64,000 nucleotides of DNA from positions 140,303 through 204,302 of the forward strand of contig JAAFIH010000001.1 in NCBI GenBank assembly GCA_013297755.1, read 5' to 3'. Positions within the stretch are counted from its first letter, which is position 1. Each line of letters opens with the position of its first letter. A program made the translations under genes and the position numbers. Shown here in pieces: positions 50,471 through 59,386 of this stretch. This stretch comes from Cytophagales bacterium. Its GTDB lineage: Bacteria > Bacteroidota > Bacteroidia > Cytophagales > UBA9547. The notes beneath the pieces were generated by a model, which made no database searches, was not told the DNA's origin, and saw only the letters and a program-made list of their open reading frames with translations.

Positions 50471-51508
50471 ATTTGTGAAGGAATGAAAGACAGGGCTACG
50501 AAATTGTCCAACGAGAGAAGCTAAGCGAGAGCTAAACTACGACCTACAAACAAAACACTTTCATTAATAAATACCATGTTGAGTGCCGTATTATTTCTTT
50601 TCGTTCAGTTTTTTCATTAATTCAGCAATTAATAGGTCTTTCTCGGTCAATGCTTGGTCTTTTTCCTTTAGTTTTTGTAGATACTTTTTCTCTTTATCTT
50701 CAAACATAGCATTTACTGTTCTCCAAGCCTCTTGTTCGGTTTCAATTTTCTTTTTCTCCTCCGAATTAGTCCCTGAATGATGTAAAATATCAGTTGCAAT
50801 TTTTATTTCTTCTATATCTACTACATGTGTAAATTCCTTAATAATTTTCTTGTCATCCACAAAGTTCTTTTGCTCAAATATGCTCAATAGTTTGTCCAAA
50901 CGAGTTTGGTACCTGTCTGTAATTCTTTCTACCTGAACTATATAGCTGTCATGGGTCAGTTTCTCTACAAAATCACTTTTAGTTTCTAAGGTAGTTTTGT
51001 TGATTTGGTCTTTATAATTTCGCTCAACTTTTAAGCAAGAAGTTGCTATCTCTGGCAATGTAAATCCTAAAATATAAATGGTGGTAATCGGTAAAATAAC
51101 TTTTTCGTTATCTACATTATCTTCTTTTTTATACTGCTCTGCCAGATAGTTTCTGAAACGCATCAAATCAATTTGATTTTTTGCTTTCTGAATTTCAATT
51201 AACACTTTTTTGAGTTCACCAGTATCGGTTTTTATAGTAGCAATAAAATCAAGTCTAAAAACTGAGAGTCCTGCCAATTCGTCTGTGTAGGTAAACTCTT
51301 GAGGTTTTACTTCAACCATTTCAATGCTTTGTTCCAATAATGTACCAATGAAAAACTTAGCTACTCGCTCGTTTTCCATCATTCGCTTAAAAACTACATC
51401 ATATATTGGATTTGCAATTACCATTTTAGTTTAAATTAGTTTCAAATTTACGACTAATTTACCATTTTTCAAACTTGGCTTTTAATCTTTAATTTTTGTG
51501 TTGTAAAT
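50471..51508 (-). repeat. 1.04-kb direct repeat unit A (Rpn-like gene plus flanks)
   Basis: Near-identical to 52014-53178 at an offset of 1542-1543 bp. Its right edge covers the last 6 codons plus the stop of GNAT B. Confidence 0.85.
50591..51424 (-). CDS. Rpn/YhgA-like PD-(D/E)XK nuclease family protein (putative transposase), copy 1
   Basis: IYDVVFKRMM N-terminus, and RLDFIATI...VLIEIQKAK as the D...E-x-K core, with a coiled-coil tail. 277 aa. Confidence 0.7.
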   Translation of the reverse strand: MVIANPIYDVVFKRMMENERVAKFFIGTLLEQSIEMVEVKPQEFTYTDELAGLSVFRLDFIATIKTDTGELKKVLIEIQKAKNQIDLMRFRNYLAEQYKKEDNVDNEKVILPITTIYILGFTLPEIATSCLKVERNYKDQINKTTLETKSDFVEKLTHDSYIVQVERITDRYQTRLDKLLSIFEQKNFVDDKKIIKEFTHVVDIEEIKIATDILHHSGTNSEEKKKIETEQEAWRTVNAMFEDKEKKYLQKLKEKDQALTEKDLLIAELMKKLNEKK

Positions 51509-51968
51509 CAAATGTATAGGTATAATATTCTGTGTCTGGTTTTTGTCTTACAAATCCGATTTTTTCATATAGTCCTTGTTCTGTTTTGTTGTCAATTCCA
51601 GTAGAAAGTTCAAGTTTTTTTGCCTTTTTAGTCTCAGCAAATTCTATTGCTTTGTTTATCAAAAGTTCTCCAACTCCCATTTTTCTAAATTCTTGTTCTA
51701 CATACAAGTCATTTAATGTCCAGTTTTTTATAGCTCTGATTGATGAGTAATTTGGATAAAGTTGAGTAAATCCAATAGGTGTTTTTATATTCTCATTTTC
51801 TAAAAAAGCAACAAAAATGATGGATTCATGGCTGTTCAACCTATCTTGAATATATTTTTTTGCAAGTTCAATGTTAGATTCTTGGTTGTAAAATATTCGA
51901 TATTTGTTAAATAAGCCTATTACCAAGTTACTCTCGAGGTTACTAATCTGCCTGATTTCTATTTTCAT
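51489..51968 (-). CDS. GNAT family N-acetyltransferase (B), unrelated in sequence to A
   Basis: FRKMGVGELLINKAIEFAETKK acetyl-CoA motif. Start set at MKIEIRQ (ATG at 51968). Confidence 0.75.
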   Translation of the reverse strand: MKIEIRQISNLESNLVIGLFNKYRIFYNQESNIELAKKYIQDRLNSHESIIFVAFLENENIKTPIGFTQLYPNYSSIRAIKNWTLNDLYVEQEFRKMGVGELLINKAIEFAETKKAKKLELSTGIDNKTEQGLYEKIGFVRQKPDTEYYTYTFDLQHKN

Positions 51969-52132
51969 TTTTTTATGATTAAGGATTCCAAACACGGCAT
52001 ATAAAATGCAGGTATTTGTGAAGGAATGGGAGCAGGGCTACGAAATTGTCCAACGAGAGAAGCTAAGCGAGAGCTAAACTACGACCTACAAACAAAACCC
52101 TTTCATTAATAAATACCATGTTGAGTGCCGTA

Positions 52133-52966
52133 TTATTTCTTTTCGTTCAGTTTTTTCATTAATTCAGCAATTAACTGGTCTTTCGCTGTCAATGCTTGGT
52201 CTTTCTCCTTTAGTTTTTGTAGATACTTTTTCTCTTTATCTTCAAACATTGCATTTACTGTCCTCCAAGCCTCTTGTTCGGTTTCAATTTTCTTTTTCTC
52301 CTCCGAATTTGTACCTGAATGATGTAAAATATCAGTTGCAATTTTTATTTCTTCTATATCTACTACATGTGTAAATTCCTTGATAATTTTCTTGTCATCC
52401 ACAAAGTTCTTTTGCTCAAATATGCTCAATAGTTTGTCCAATCGAGTTTGGTACCTGTCTGTAATTCTTTCTACCTGAACTATATAGCTGTCATGGGTCA
52501 GTTTCTCTACAAAATCACTTTTAGTTTCTATGGTAGTTTTGTTAATTTGGTCTTTATAATTTCGCTCAACTTTTAAGCAAGAAGTTGCTATCTCTGGCAA
52601 TGTAAATCCTAAAATATAAATGGTGGTAATCGGTAAAATAACTTTTTCGTTATCTACATTATCTTCTTTTTTATACTGCTCTGCCAGATAGTTTCTGAAA
52701 CGCATCAAATCAATTTGATTTTTTGCTTTCTGAATTTCAATTAACACTTTTTTGAGTTCACCAGTATCGGTTTTTATAGTAGCAATAAAATCAAGTCTAA
52801 AAACTGAGAGTCCTGCCAATTCGTCTGTGTAGGTAAACTCTTGAGGTTTTACTTCAACCATTTCAATGCTTTGTTCCAATAATGTACCAATGAAAAACTT
52901 AGCTACTCGCTCGTTTTCCATCATTCGCTTAAAAACTACATCATATATTGGATTTGCAATTACCAT
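52133..52966 (-). CDS. Rpn/YhgA-like PD-(D/E)XK nuclease family protein, copy 2
   Basis: 277 aa, differing from copy 1 at 3 residues (L>I, and E/L to A/Q in LTEKDLL against LTAKDQL). Confidence 0.7.
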   Translation of the reverse strand: MVIANPIYDVVFKRMMENERVAKFFIGTLLEQSIEMVEVKPQEFTYTDELAGLSVFRLDFIATIKTDTGELKKVLIEIQKAKNQIDLMRFRNYLAEQYKKEDNVDNEKVILPITTIYILGFTLPEIATSCLKVERNYKDQINKTTIETKSDFVEKLTHDSYIVQVERITDRYQTRLDKLLSIFEQKNFVDDKKIIKEFTHVVDIEEIKIATDILHHSGTNSEEKKKIETEQEAWRTVNAMFEDKEKKYLQKLKEKDQALTAKDQLIAELMKKLNEKK

Positions 52967-53137
52967 TTTAGTTTAAATTAGTTTCAAATTTACGACTAAT
53001 TTACCATTTTGTACCAATGAAAAACTTAGCTACTCGCTCGTTTTCCATCATTCGCTTAAAAACTACATCATATATTGGATTTGCAATTACCATTTTAGTT
53101 TAAATTAGTTTCAAATTTACGACTAATTTACCATTTG
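52884..53137. repeat. perfect 2 x 127-bp tandem duplication of the Rpn copy-2 5' end plus upstream region
   Basis: Unit 1 is 52884-53010 and unit 2 is 53011-53137. The junction reads ttaccatttt|gtaccaatg. Confidence 0.9.
53001..53093 (-). pseudogene. 30-codon Rpn-like gene fragment created by the 127-bp duplication
   Basis: It reads MVIANPIYDVVFKRMMENERVAKFFIGT, then KW-stop at the duplication junction. Confidence 0.8.
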
Positions 53138-53280
53138 TCAAACAAGGCTTTTATGTTTTAATCTTTGTGTTGTAAATCGGTTTGGCGTTTGGCAAAGAAG
53201 CGAATGTCGAAGCACTAAACTATCTATCAACATTAAACTTGAATAGAAGCACAAATCTTCATTTAAGCCCTGAACCAGCT

Positions 53281-53508
53281 TTTTTGCCAAAACCGTGTTG
53301 AACAGACACCCTATAAGTTAAACAATCGGCCAACAATCTTACTATATTTGCCTTACATTTAAAAACAAATATATGATTATTTTTCAAAAAAAAAATGTAG
53401 GTAAAATGAGTTTCAATCATCAATTTTAAATAAAAAAAGCAATCTAATTTGTAGGTCGGGGCTTTATTTCAGGGCTTTTTTTTGCTAGATGGCTGAATGT
53501 TTTGTGTA
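53281..53508 (+). repeat. ~230-bp non-coding repeat element, copy 2 (full)
   Basis: It aligns with copy 1. In this copy the element is bracketed by the 10-bp inverted repeat aagccctgaa (53265-53274) and ttcagggctt (53468-53477). Confidence 0.8.
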
Positions 53509-53521
53509 GTATGATTTGTCG

Positions 53522-53824
53522 CTAGAGTTGGAGCGTCAATTTCAGCTGTCCGCCAAGTCCTTGTTGAATTATTTTCATAAGTGTCGAAAGGCGAATGTCT
53601 GATGAATTATTTTCGATACGTGAAATGTATGATTTATTTGTTCCACACTTATCCGCTAATTCTTCTTGAGTCAAATTTAGTTTTGTTCTGGCTTGTTCAA
53701 GTAAAACACCAAGTCTAAATCCCTCAAATTGCAGTTCCCATTCTTCTCGTTTTGGGTTTCCTTTTTTACCATACTTTTTGTCAAGTATTTCGTCTAAAGT
53801 CGTAATATTACTCTTTGTTTTCAT
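53522..53824 (-). CDS. XRE-family HTH antitoxin (HigA-like)
   Basis: ARTKLNLTQEELADKCGTNKSYISRIENN is an HTH_3 motif. It overlaps the upstream toxin ORF by 17 nt. Confidence 0.8.
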   Translation of the reverse strand: MKTKSNITTLDEILDKKYGKKGNPKREEWELQFEGFRLGVLLEQARTKLNLTQEELADKCGTNKSYISRIENNSSDIRLSTLMKIIQQGLGGQLKLTLQL

Positions 53825-54152
53825 TTTGATATTCCTCCATTATTTTAATTGCTTTTTCTAATTCTTGTTTTGGGGTCTTTTGAGTTTTCTTTTGAAAAGC
53901 GTTTCCAAGCACTACTAAATTTCCTTTATCGAAGAATGAAAAAATACGATAAATATTACTAGCAACTTCAACTCGAATTTCATAAAGTCCTTTAGTTCCC
54001 TCCAAATGCTTAAAATACTTTTCTGGAACTTGTTGCGTTACTCGAATTAAATTCAAAGTCTACTCAATTTTAGCTTGGACGTTTTCGGGAAGTTCTTCAT
54101 AAAAGTCGAGAAAGTAGTTTTTATAAGCAATTACCTGTCTATCGTAAGTCAC
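53808..54152 (-). pseudogene. RelE/ParE-superfamily (HigB-like) toxin interrupted by an in-frame TAG
   Basis: From the GTG at 54152 the frame reads VTYDRQVIAYKNYFLDFYEELPENVQAKIE, then TAG (54062-54060), then TLNLIRVTQQVPEKYFKHLEGTKGLYEIRV.... The track ORF is only the TTG-initiated C-terminal 82 aa. Confidence 0.7.
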
Positions 54153-54347
54153 AATACAAAGTTAACTATACAGACAACTATTTCCAAACTTAAATTCAAT
54201 TATTTTTTAAATATTAGGTCGTCCGGTAACATTGCCACCAATGTTTTACAGATTGGCATGGACGGCCTTTTCAGCACAAAAGTTAGTTCAGAGTACTGAA
54301 ATTTTGGCTACCACAAAGCTGTAAATAGGAGAATAAACCCTACCTAA

Positions 54348-54430
54348 TGCCAAGCCGTTGTTTAACTGACACCCTATCAGCTAAAAAATCGGCCAACAAT
54401 CTTACTATATTTGCCTTACATTTAAACAAA
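54348..54430 (+). repeat. ~230-bp repeat element, copy 3 (left third only)
   Basis: It aligns with the first ~85 bp of copies 1 and 2, including a degenerate palindrome and ctatatttgcc, then diverges. It lies 41 bp from the msrA stop. Confidence 0.7.
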
Positions 54431-54471
54431 ATTGTTAAGTTTAAACGAATGAAACAGTATTTTTTTTAAGT

Positions 54472-55095
54472 TTACTTAACTTTCTCAGGAAAAACTTTTC
54501 TGAATTTTTCTATTTTGGGTTTGATTACAAAATAGCAATAAGGTTGCGAGCCATTGAGATTGTAGTAATTTTGATGATAATTTTCGGCTTCATAAAATGT
54601 AGATGCTTCCACAATTTCTGTTGTTAGAGGTTTAGAATATGCTCCAGATGCTTCAAGTTCTTTTTTCAACTGGCTAGATATATTTTTTTGAACTTCGCTA
54701 TGATAAAAAATAGCCGAGCGATATTGTGTGCCTACATCGTTGCCTTGTCTATTGAGGGTAGTGGGGTCGTGTGTTTTCCAAAAAATTTCTAAAACATCTT
54801 TTGTGCTTATGATTTCAGGATTATATGTTACCTGAATTACCTCAGCGTGGCCAGTTTCGCCAGTACAAATATCTTTATATGTTGGATTTTTCAAAGTCCC
54901 GCCCATGTAGCCAGAAACAACCTTTTGCACACCTTTGGCTTGCAAAAATACAGCCTCTACACACCAAAAACAACCTGCTCCAAGAGTAATAATTTCTTTA
55001 TTTTCCATATTTTTTGGTTGTTTTTTTTGTTGTGCTGATATATAGTTGTTTGAAATTAAGGTTGCAATTAAAAAACAATTAGCAAGTAGTTTCAT
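54472..55095 (-). CDS. msrA: peptide-methionine (S)-S-oxide reductase with signal peptide
   Basis: GAGCFWCVEAVF active site and GHAEVIQVTY. The N-terminal signal ends SAQ. Confidence 0.9.
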   Translation of the reverse strand: MKLLANCFLIATLISNNYISAQQKKQPKNMENKEIITLGAGCFWCVEAVFLQAKGVQKVVSGYMGGTLKNPTYKDICTGETGHAEVIQVTYNPEIISTKDVLEIFWKTHDPTTLNRQGNDVGTQYRSAIFYHSEVQKNISSQLKKELEASGAYSKPLTTEIVEASTFYEAENYHQNYYNLNGSQPYCYFVIKPKIEKFRKVFPEKVK

Positions 55096-55227
55096 ATAAT
55101 TTCTAAAATATAGTTTTAAAATTGAATGTAATTAAAAATTGTTTCAAACTTTTCAAAAAAAATGTCTTATCAATAATGATATTAAAAACGCAAATCAATA
55201 ACTTTTTATTGTAAATATAGTATATAA

Positions 55228-55638
55228 ATGCAAAGTAAAATGTATAAATATATGAAAACTGTAACTTTGATTTCAAGATTATTGCTGGGAGTAATATTCT
55301 TTGTGTTTGGTTTAAATGCTTTTATTCCATTTATATCTATGCCACCTATGCAAGGTATGGCAGGTAATTTTGTTGGTGCTTTGGTTCAATCTGGGTATTT
55401 CTTTCCATTTCTCAAATCTTTGGAGGTTATTGGTGGATTCTTACTACTTACTGGGTTGTATATGCCTTTGGTTTTGTTGGTATTGTTTCCAATAACATTA
55501 AATATCATGCTGTTTCATGTGTTTTTAGGGCTTGAGGGTTTACCAATTTCTATTCTTATGTTTTTAGCACATCTGATATTACTATTTGGATATAAATCTT
55601 ATTTCAAAGGATTATTTGTGATGAAAGCATCTGTTTAA
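55228..55638 (+). CDS. small 4-TM membrane protein (DoxX-like)
   Basis: Four hydrophobic helices. Alternative starts at 55240 and 55252. Confidence 0.45.
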   Translation: MQSKMYKYMKTVTLISRLLLGVIFFVFGLNAFIPFISMPPMQGMAGNFVGALVQSGYFFPFLKSLEVIGGFLLLTGLYMPLVLLVLFPITLNIMLFHVFLGLEGLPISILMFLAHLILLFGYKSYFKGLFVMKASV

Positions 55639-55683
55639 TTCAAAATTTTGTGTAAGAATATATTTTTTATAAATAATATATTC

Positions 55684-56544
55684 TTACACAAATATCATCG
55701 TTAAAATACCCCAAATCATCGTCCATTTTAGAATTTTTGTAATCACTGTAAAATCATTTTTTTTGTCTGCATAGTAGTACTTTATATTCACGAATATAAG
55801 TAATATTATCGTCATGATATTAAGTAAAATATAATGAATCACATTAATATTGTTTCTTAAATAGATCAATACCAAAATAGTAATCAAACTTACGATATGT
55901 AATATAACTTTTGTTTTAGGTACACCTAATTTTATAGGTAATGTTTGGCTATTGTAGCTTTCATCGCCTTTGATGTCTTCTATATCTTTGGTAAGCTCTC
56001 TCATATAAGTAATTACAAAAGAAAAAAGACTGTAAAAAAGAATATAATCTTGGTTTGTTTTATAATAAAGTGCCAAAATATAAACACTACAAAAAGCTAG
56101 TAATGAGATAGTTATATTGCCAAGAATAGATGTACGTTTTAATCTATTGGAATAATACCAAAGTAATATTTCGCAAAATAAAATAAAAAATCCTACTTTT
56201 ATTGAAAGCACAAAAACAGCCAATAATAAAGCCAATAAATTAAGGCTTAATTGCAATATAAATGAGTTTCGCCTTGAAATAAATTTACCAATAATGACAC
56301 TTTCGGGCTTGTTGATTAAATCTATTTTTATGTCGTAATAATCGTTGATAATATATCCTGCGGCAGCTACTAATAATGTGCAAAACGATAAGATAAAAAT
56401 TTCTTTTTCTACAACGATAGCTCCCATTTCGGATGGCGAACCAATTAAGAAAATTCTACAAAAATATTGTAAAATCAATAAAATAATCAGATTCTTGATT
56501 CTTATAAGTCTAAAAAAATAAATAATTTGAGATGTAATTTCCAA
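55684..56544 (-). CDS. UbiA-family prenyltransferase
   Basis: The first Asp-rich motif GYIINDYYDIKID, a second acidic motif region KDIEDIKGD, and about 8 TM helices. Confidence 0.75.
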   Translation of the reverse strand: MEITSQIIYFFRLIRIKNLIILLILQYFCRIFLIGSPSEMGAIVVEKEIFILSFCTLLVAAAGYIINDYYDIKIDLINKPESVIIGKFISRRNSFILQLSLNLLALLLAVFVLSIKVGFFILFCEILLWYYSNRLKRTSILGNITISLLAFCSVYILALYYKTNQDYILFYSLFSFVITYMRELTKDIEDIKGDESYNSQTLPIKLGVPKTKVILHIVSLITILVLIYLRNNINVIHYILLNIMTIILLIFVNIKYYYADKKNDFTVITKILKWTMIWGILTMIFV

Positions 56545-56642
56545 AATTTATTTTGTATATTAATTTCAAATATACATTTTTCAAAATATTATTTGTATAT
56601 TTTAAGTGTTTATTTCTTAATTTTGTCAAAATAACAATTACA

Positions 56643-57110
56643 ATGACAATAAAACTCGATAAAATTGACAAGAAAATTTTAGAATTATTGCAAATCGATA
56701 GTAATATTACTAATTCTCAATTGGCCAAAGAAATTGGATTATCACCAGCACCAACGCTTGAGCGAGTAAAAAAACTCGAACAGTCAAATATTTTGAAAAG
56801 TTACCATGCCAAACTCAATACCAAAGAGCTTGGTTTGGGAGTTACTATATTTGTAAATATTACTTTGTCGAGCCACAAAGTAGGTCAGTTGGAGAGTTTT
56901 GTAAAAAAAATCACTGCCCTACCCGAAGTTTTGGGAGTATATAATGTAACTGGCCAGGGAGATTTTTTGGTAAAAATTATTATTGAAGATATTGAAAAAT
57001 ACCATACCTTAATTGTGCAAAAACTAAGCCAAATCGAAGAAATTGGCAACATGAGCAGTATGATTGTATTGCACGATTACAAACCAGATGCCATTATTAC
57101 CATTGATTAA
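56643..57110 (+). CDS. Lrp/AsnC family transcriptional regulator
   Basis: LDKIDKKILELLQIDSNITNSQLAKEIGLSPAPTLERVKKLE HTH plus a RAM domain. Start set at the ATG at 56643. Confidence 0.85.
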   Translation: MTIKLDKIDKKILELLQIDSNITNSQLAKEIGLSPAPTLERVKKLEQSNILKSYHAKLNTKELGLGVTIFVNITLSSHKVGQLESFVKKITALPEVLGVYNVTGQGDFLVKIIIEDIEKYHTLIVQKLSQIEEIGNMSSMIVLHDYKPDAIITID

Positions 57111-57117
57111 TAGCAAC

Positions 57118-57160
57118 AAAAAAACCTTGTCTTTTATCGAAATAAAGTGCAAGGTTTTTT
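57118..57160. terminator. bidirectional imperfect hairpin between lrp-like gene and rho
   Basis: aaaaaaaccttg...caaggtttttt with inner ctttat/ataaag pairing, between convergent stops. Confidence 0.5.
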
Positions 57161-57186
57161 AAATTTTAGTTGATTAATGGCTATTT

Positions 57187-58875
57187 TCAACCATTCATGG
57201 TGGCCAAAAACTCTTCATTTGATTTTGTACCTCTCATTCTATCAAGTAAGAAATCAATAGATTCTTTAGCATTCATATCGCTCATATATTTTCTTAGAAT
57301 CCATACCCTTTGTAGCTCTTCGGGCGACATCAATAAATCTTCTTTTCTTGTGCCAGAAGCTGGTACATCTATGGCTGGATAAATTCTGCGATTGGCCAAG
57401 GTTCTATCTAATTGTAGTTCCATGTTGCCTGTACCTTTAAATTCTTCAAAAATAACTTCATCCATTTTTGAGCCTGTTTCTATCAAAGCAGTAGCAATAA
57501 TGGTAAGAGAGCCTCCATTTTCGATATTTCTTGCAGCTCCAAAAAATCTTTTTGGTTTGTGTAGTGCGTTTGCATCGACACCACCAGAAAGTATTTTGCC
57601 CGAACTAGGCACCACAGTATTATAGGCTCGAGCCAATCGAGTAATAGAATCAAGCAATATAACCACATCGTGGCCACATTCTACCAATCGCTTGGCTTTT
57701 TCTAGTACAATAGAAGATACTTTTACGTGTCTTTCGGCCTGTTCATCAAAAGTTGAGGCCACAACTTCGGCTTTTACACTGCGTTGCATATCTGTAACCT
57801 CTTCTGGTCGCTCGTCTATCAAAAGTACTATTAGATACACTTCTGGGTGGTTTTCGGCTATGGCGTTGGCTATTTCTTTGAGTAAAACTGTTTTTCCAGT
57901 TTTTGGCTGAGCTACAATCATCCCACGCTGACCTTTGCCTATGGGAGCAAATAGATCTAAAATTCTGGTACTCATCAAGCTAGCTTTGGTACTTAAATGT
58001 AGTTTTTCTTGTGGAAAAAGTGGCGTCAAGAATTCAAATGGAATCCTATCTCTAACCTCTTCGGTAGTTTTACCATTGACGGTTTCTACACGCAACAATG
58101 CAAAATATTTTTCACCTTCTTTGGGTGGACGCACTTGGCCTTTTACAGTATCGCCAGTTTTGAGTCCAAATAATTTTATTTGCGATGCAGACACATATAT
58201 ATCATCTGGGCTAGCAAGATAATTATAATCAGAAGAGCGTAAAAAACCATATCCTTCAGACATAATTTCTAAAACCCCTTCGTTCATGATAGCACCATCA
58301 AATTCACGTGTAGGTTTTGGTACTCGATTAGCGTTTGGATTTTGGTTTGAATTTTGGTTTGGATTAGAATTAAATGCAGCAGAGGCATCTCCATTTCCAT
58401 TGGCTTCGTTTGGCCTATTTCGTTCTCTTTTGGGAATCAAAGAGGGTTGGTTTTCAGTATTTATTTGTTCTGTTGGGTTTTCAGCTGGTTTCGACACAGG
58501 CTCAAAATTGTCGTCTACTTTCAAAATCAATTTTTCTTTCTGCACCATGGGTTGTGGTGTCGATTTTGGTTTTATAAAAGCAGGTGTCGATGGCTTTTCG
58601 GTGGGTGTAGTAGTTTCTACAATATCGGCAGCGGCAGCAGCTACTGTATTTTTGATGTTATCAGCTCCTGTATTGCGTGTACGTGGTCGTATGGCAGATG
58701 TTCTAGGACTGCTAGTTTCTGATGCTACAGCCTCAGGATTGATGGCTTGTTGGTCTAGTATTTTGTAAACTAGCTCTTCTTTGGATAGTTTTTTACTATT
58801 TTTAACGTCTAATTTTTCTGCAATCTCCTTGAGTTCAGAAATAAGTTTGAGGTTGAGCTCCTCGATGTTATACAT
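57187..58875 (-). CDS. rho: transcription termination factor Rho with a low-complexity N-terminal insertion
   Basis: Rho N-terminal helix bundle ([17 protein letters not shown]), RNA-binding GFLR, Walker [17 protein letters not shown] and [12 protein letters not shown]. Start set at MYNIEEL (ATG at 58875). Confidence 0.95.
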   Translation of the reverse strand: MYNIEELNLKLISELKEIAEKLDVKNSKKLSKEELVYKILDQQAINPEAVASETSSPRTSAIRPRTRNTGADNIKNTVAAAAADIVETTTPTEKPSTPAFIKPKSTPQPMVQKEKLILKVDDNFEPVSKPAENPTEQINTENQPSLIPKRERNRPNEANGNGDASAAFNSNPNQNSNQNPNANRVPKPTREFDGAIMNEGVLEIMSEGYGFLRSSDYNYLASPDDIYVSASQIKLFGLKTGDTVKGQVRPPKEGEKYFALLRVETVNGKTTEEVRDRIPFEFLTPLFPQEKLHLSTKASLMSTRILDLFAPIGKGQRGMIVAQPKTGKTVLLKEIANAIAENHPEVYLIVLLIDERPEEVTDMQRSVKAEVVASTFDEQAERHVKVSSIVLEKAKRLVECGHDVVILLDSITRLARAYNTVVPSSGKILSGGVDANALHKPKRFFGAARNIENGGSLTIIATALIETGSKMDEVIFEEFKGTGNMELQLDRTLANRRIYPAIDVPASGTRKEDLLMSPEELQRVWILRKYMSDMNAKESIDFLLDRMRGTKSNEEFLATMNG

Positions 58876-59386
58876 ATAAAATGGATTAAAATAAAATAGA
58901 ATAATGTAGCATGAATAGCTATAAATAAAAGAAAATTGAACGAGCAAAACTGTGGATGCGAAAGCTTAGTTTTGCGTTTTTAAATAAAATTATGAATGCA
59001 AAATTAATAGTAATTTTTAATTCAACAACTTTTTTTTAAAATTTATATACCAATGTCGTTTACTTATGAATCAGATTAACTTTCCCTTTTGGAGAAAGTC
59101 TAAGATAAAGGCATTTAAAAATATTTATGTAAATGACATAAATTTGTTTATTTTCATCCACGCTTATTTTTTAAACTTTCCTTTTATAAATCTTAGTTTT
59201 TGTATATTTTTGTATCGTTCAAAGTGAGATTTATTGAAGGTTTATTTCTAAAAAATTATTTTTTTGAAATCTTTTTTAGGATACTGTTTAAAGTCCAATA
59301 ATCAATGAAAGACTTTAAAAATTAAATTTGGTATTTGGTAATAGCTTATTTAAAATTTCATTTTTAGACTTAGATTTATAATAAAT

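Larger units (their letters stand above)
52014..53178 (-). repeat. 1.04-kb direct repeat unit B (contains an extra 127-bp internal duplication)
   Basis: See unit A. At 53165-53187 it retains only a remnant matching the GNAT B 3' end (DLQHKD-stop against DLQHKN-stop). Confidence 0.85.

Noticed and set aside
50583-52374. Plus-strand 60-65-aa ORFs (50583-50780, 52125-52322, 52192-52374)
   Set aside because: They are antisense to the two Rpn-like genes, duplicated only because the underlying repeat is duplicated, and low-complexity S/F-rich.
50471-53178. Rpn-like units as a classical IS element
   Set aside because: I found no terminal inverted repeats or target-site duplications at the unit ends, and the repeat boundary cuts a neighbouring gene. 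It is reported as a direct repeat rather than a mobile_element.
54075-54299. 74-aa plus-strand ORF, and a 9-bp-stem hairpin (54216-54224 / 54260-54268) with alternative inner stems
   Set aside because: The ORF overlaps the upstream part of the HigB-like pseudogene on the opposite strand and has no features. The hairpin has only a short T tract, and I cannot judge its conservation, so it is not called as a feature.
57170-58768. Several plus-strand ORFs of 67-160 aa overlapping rho
   Set aside because: They are shadow ORFs opposite an unmistakable Rho coding frame.
58876-59386. 511-bp spacer between rho and pstC with several short hairpins (58944-58975, 59291-59325)
   Set aside because: It could hold a rho leader or attenuator, or a phosphate-responsive element. 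However, the stems are short and AT-rich, and I recognise no riboswitch or Pho-box consensus.
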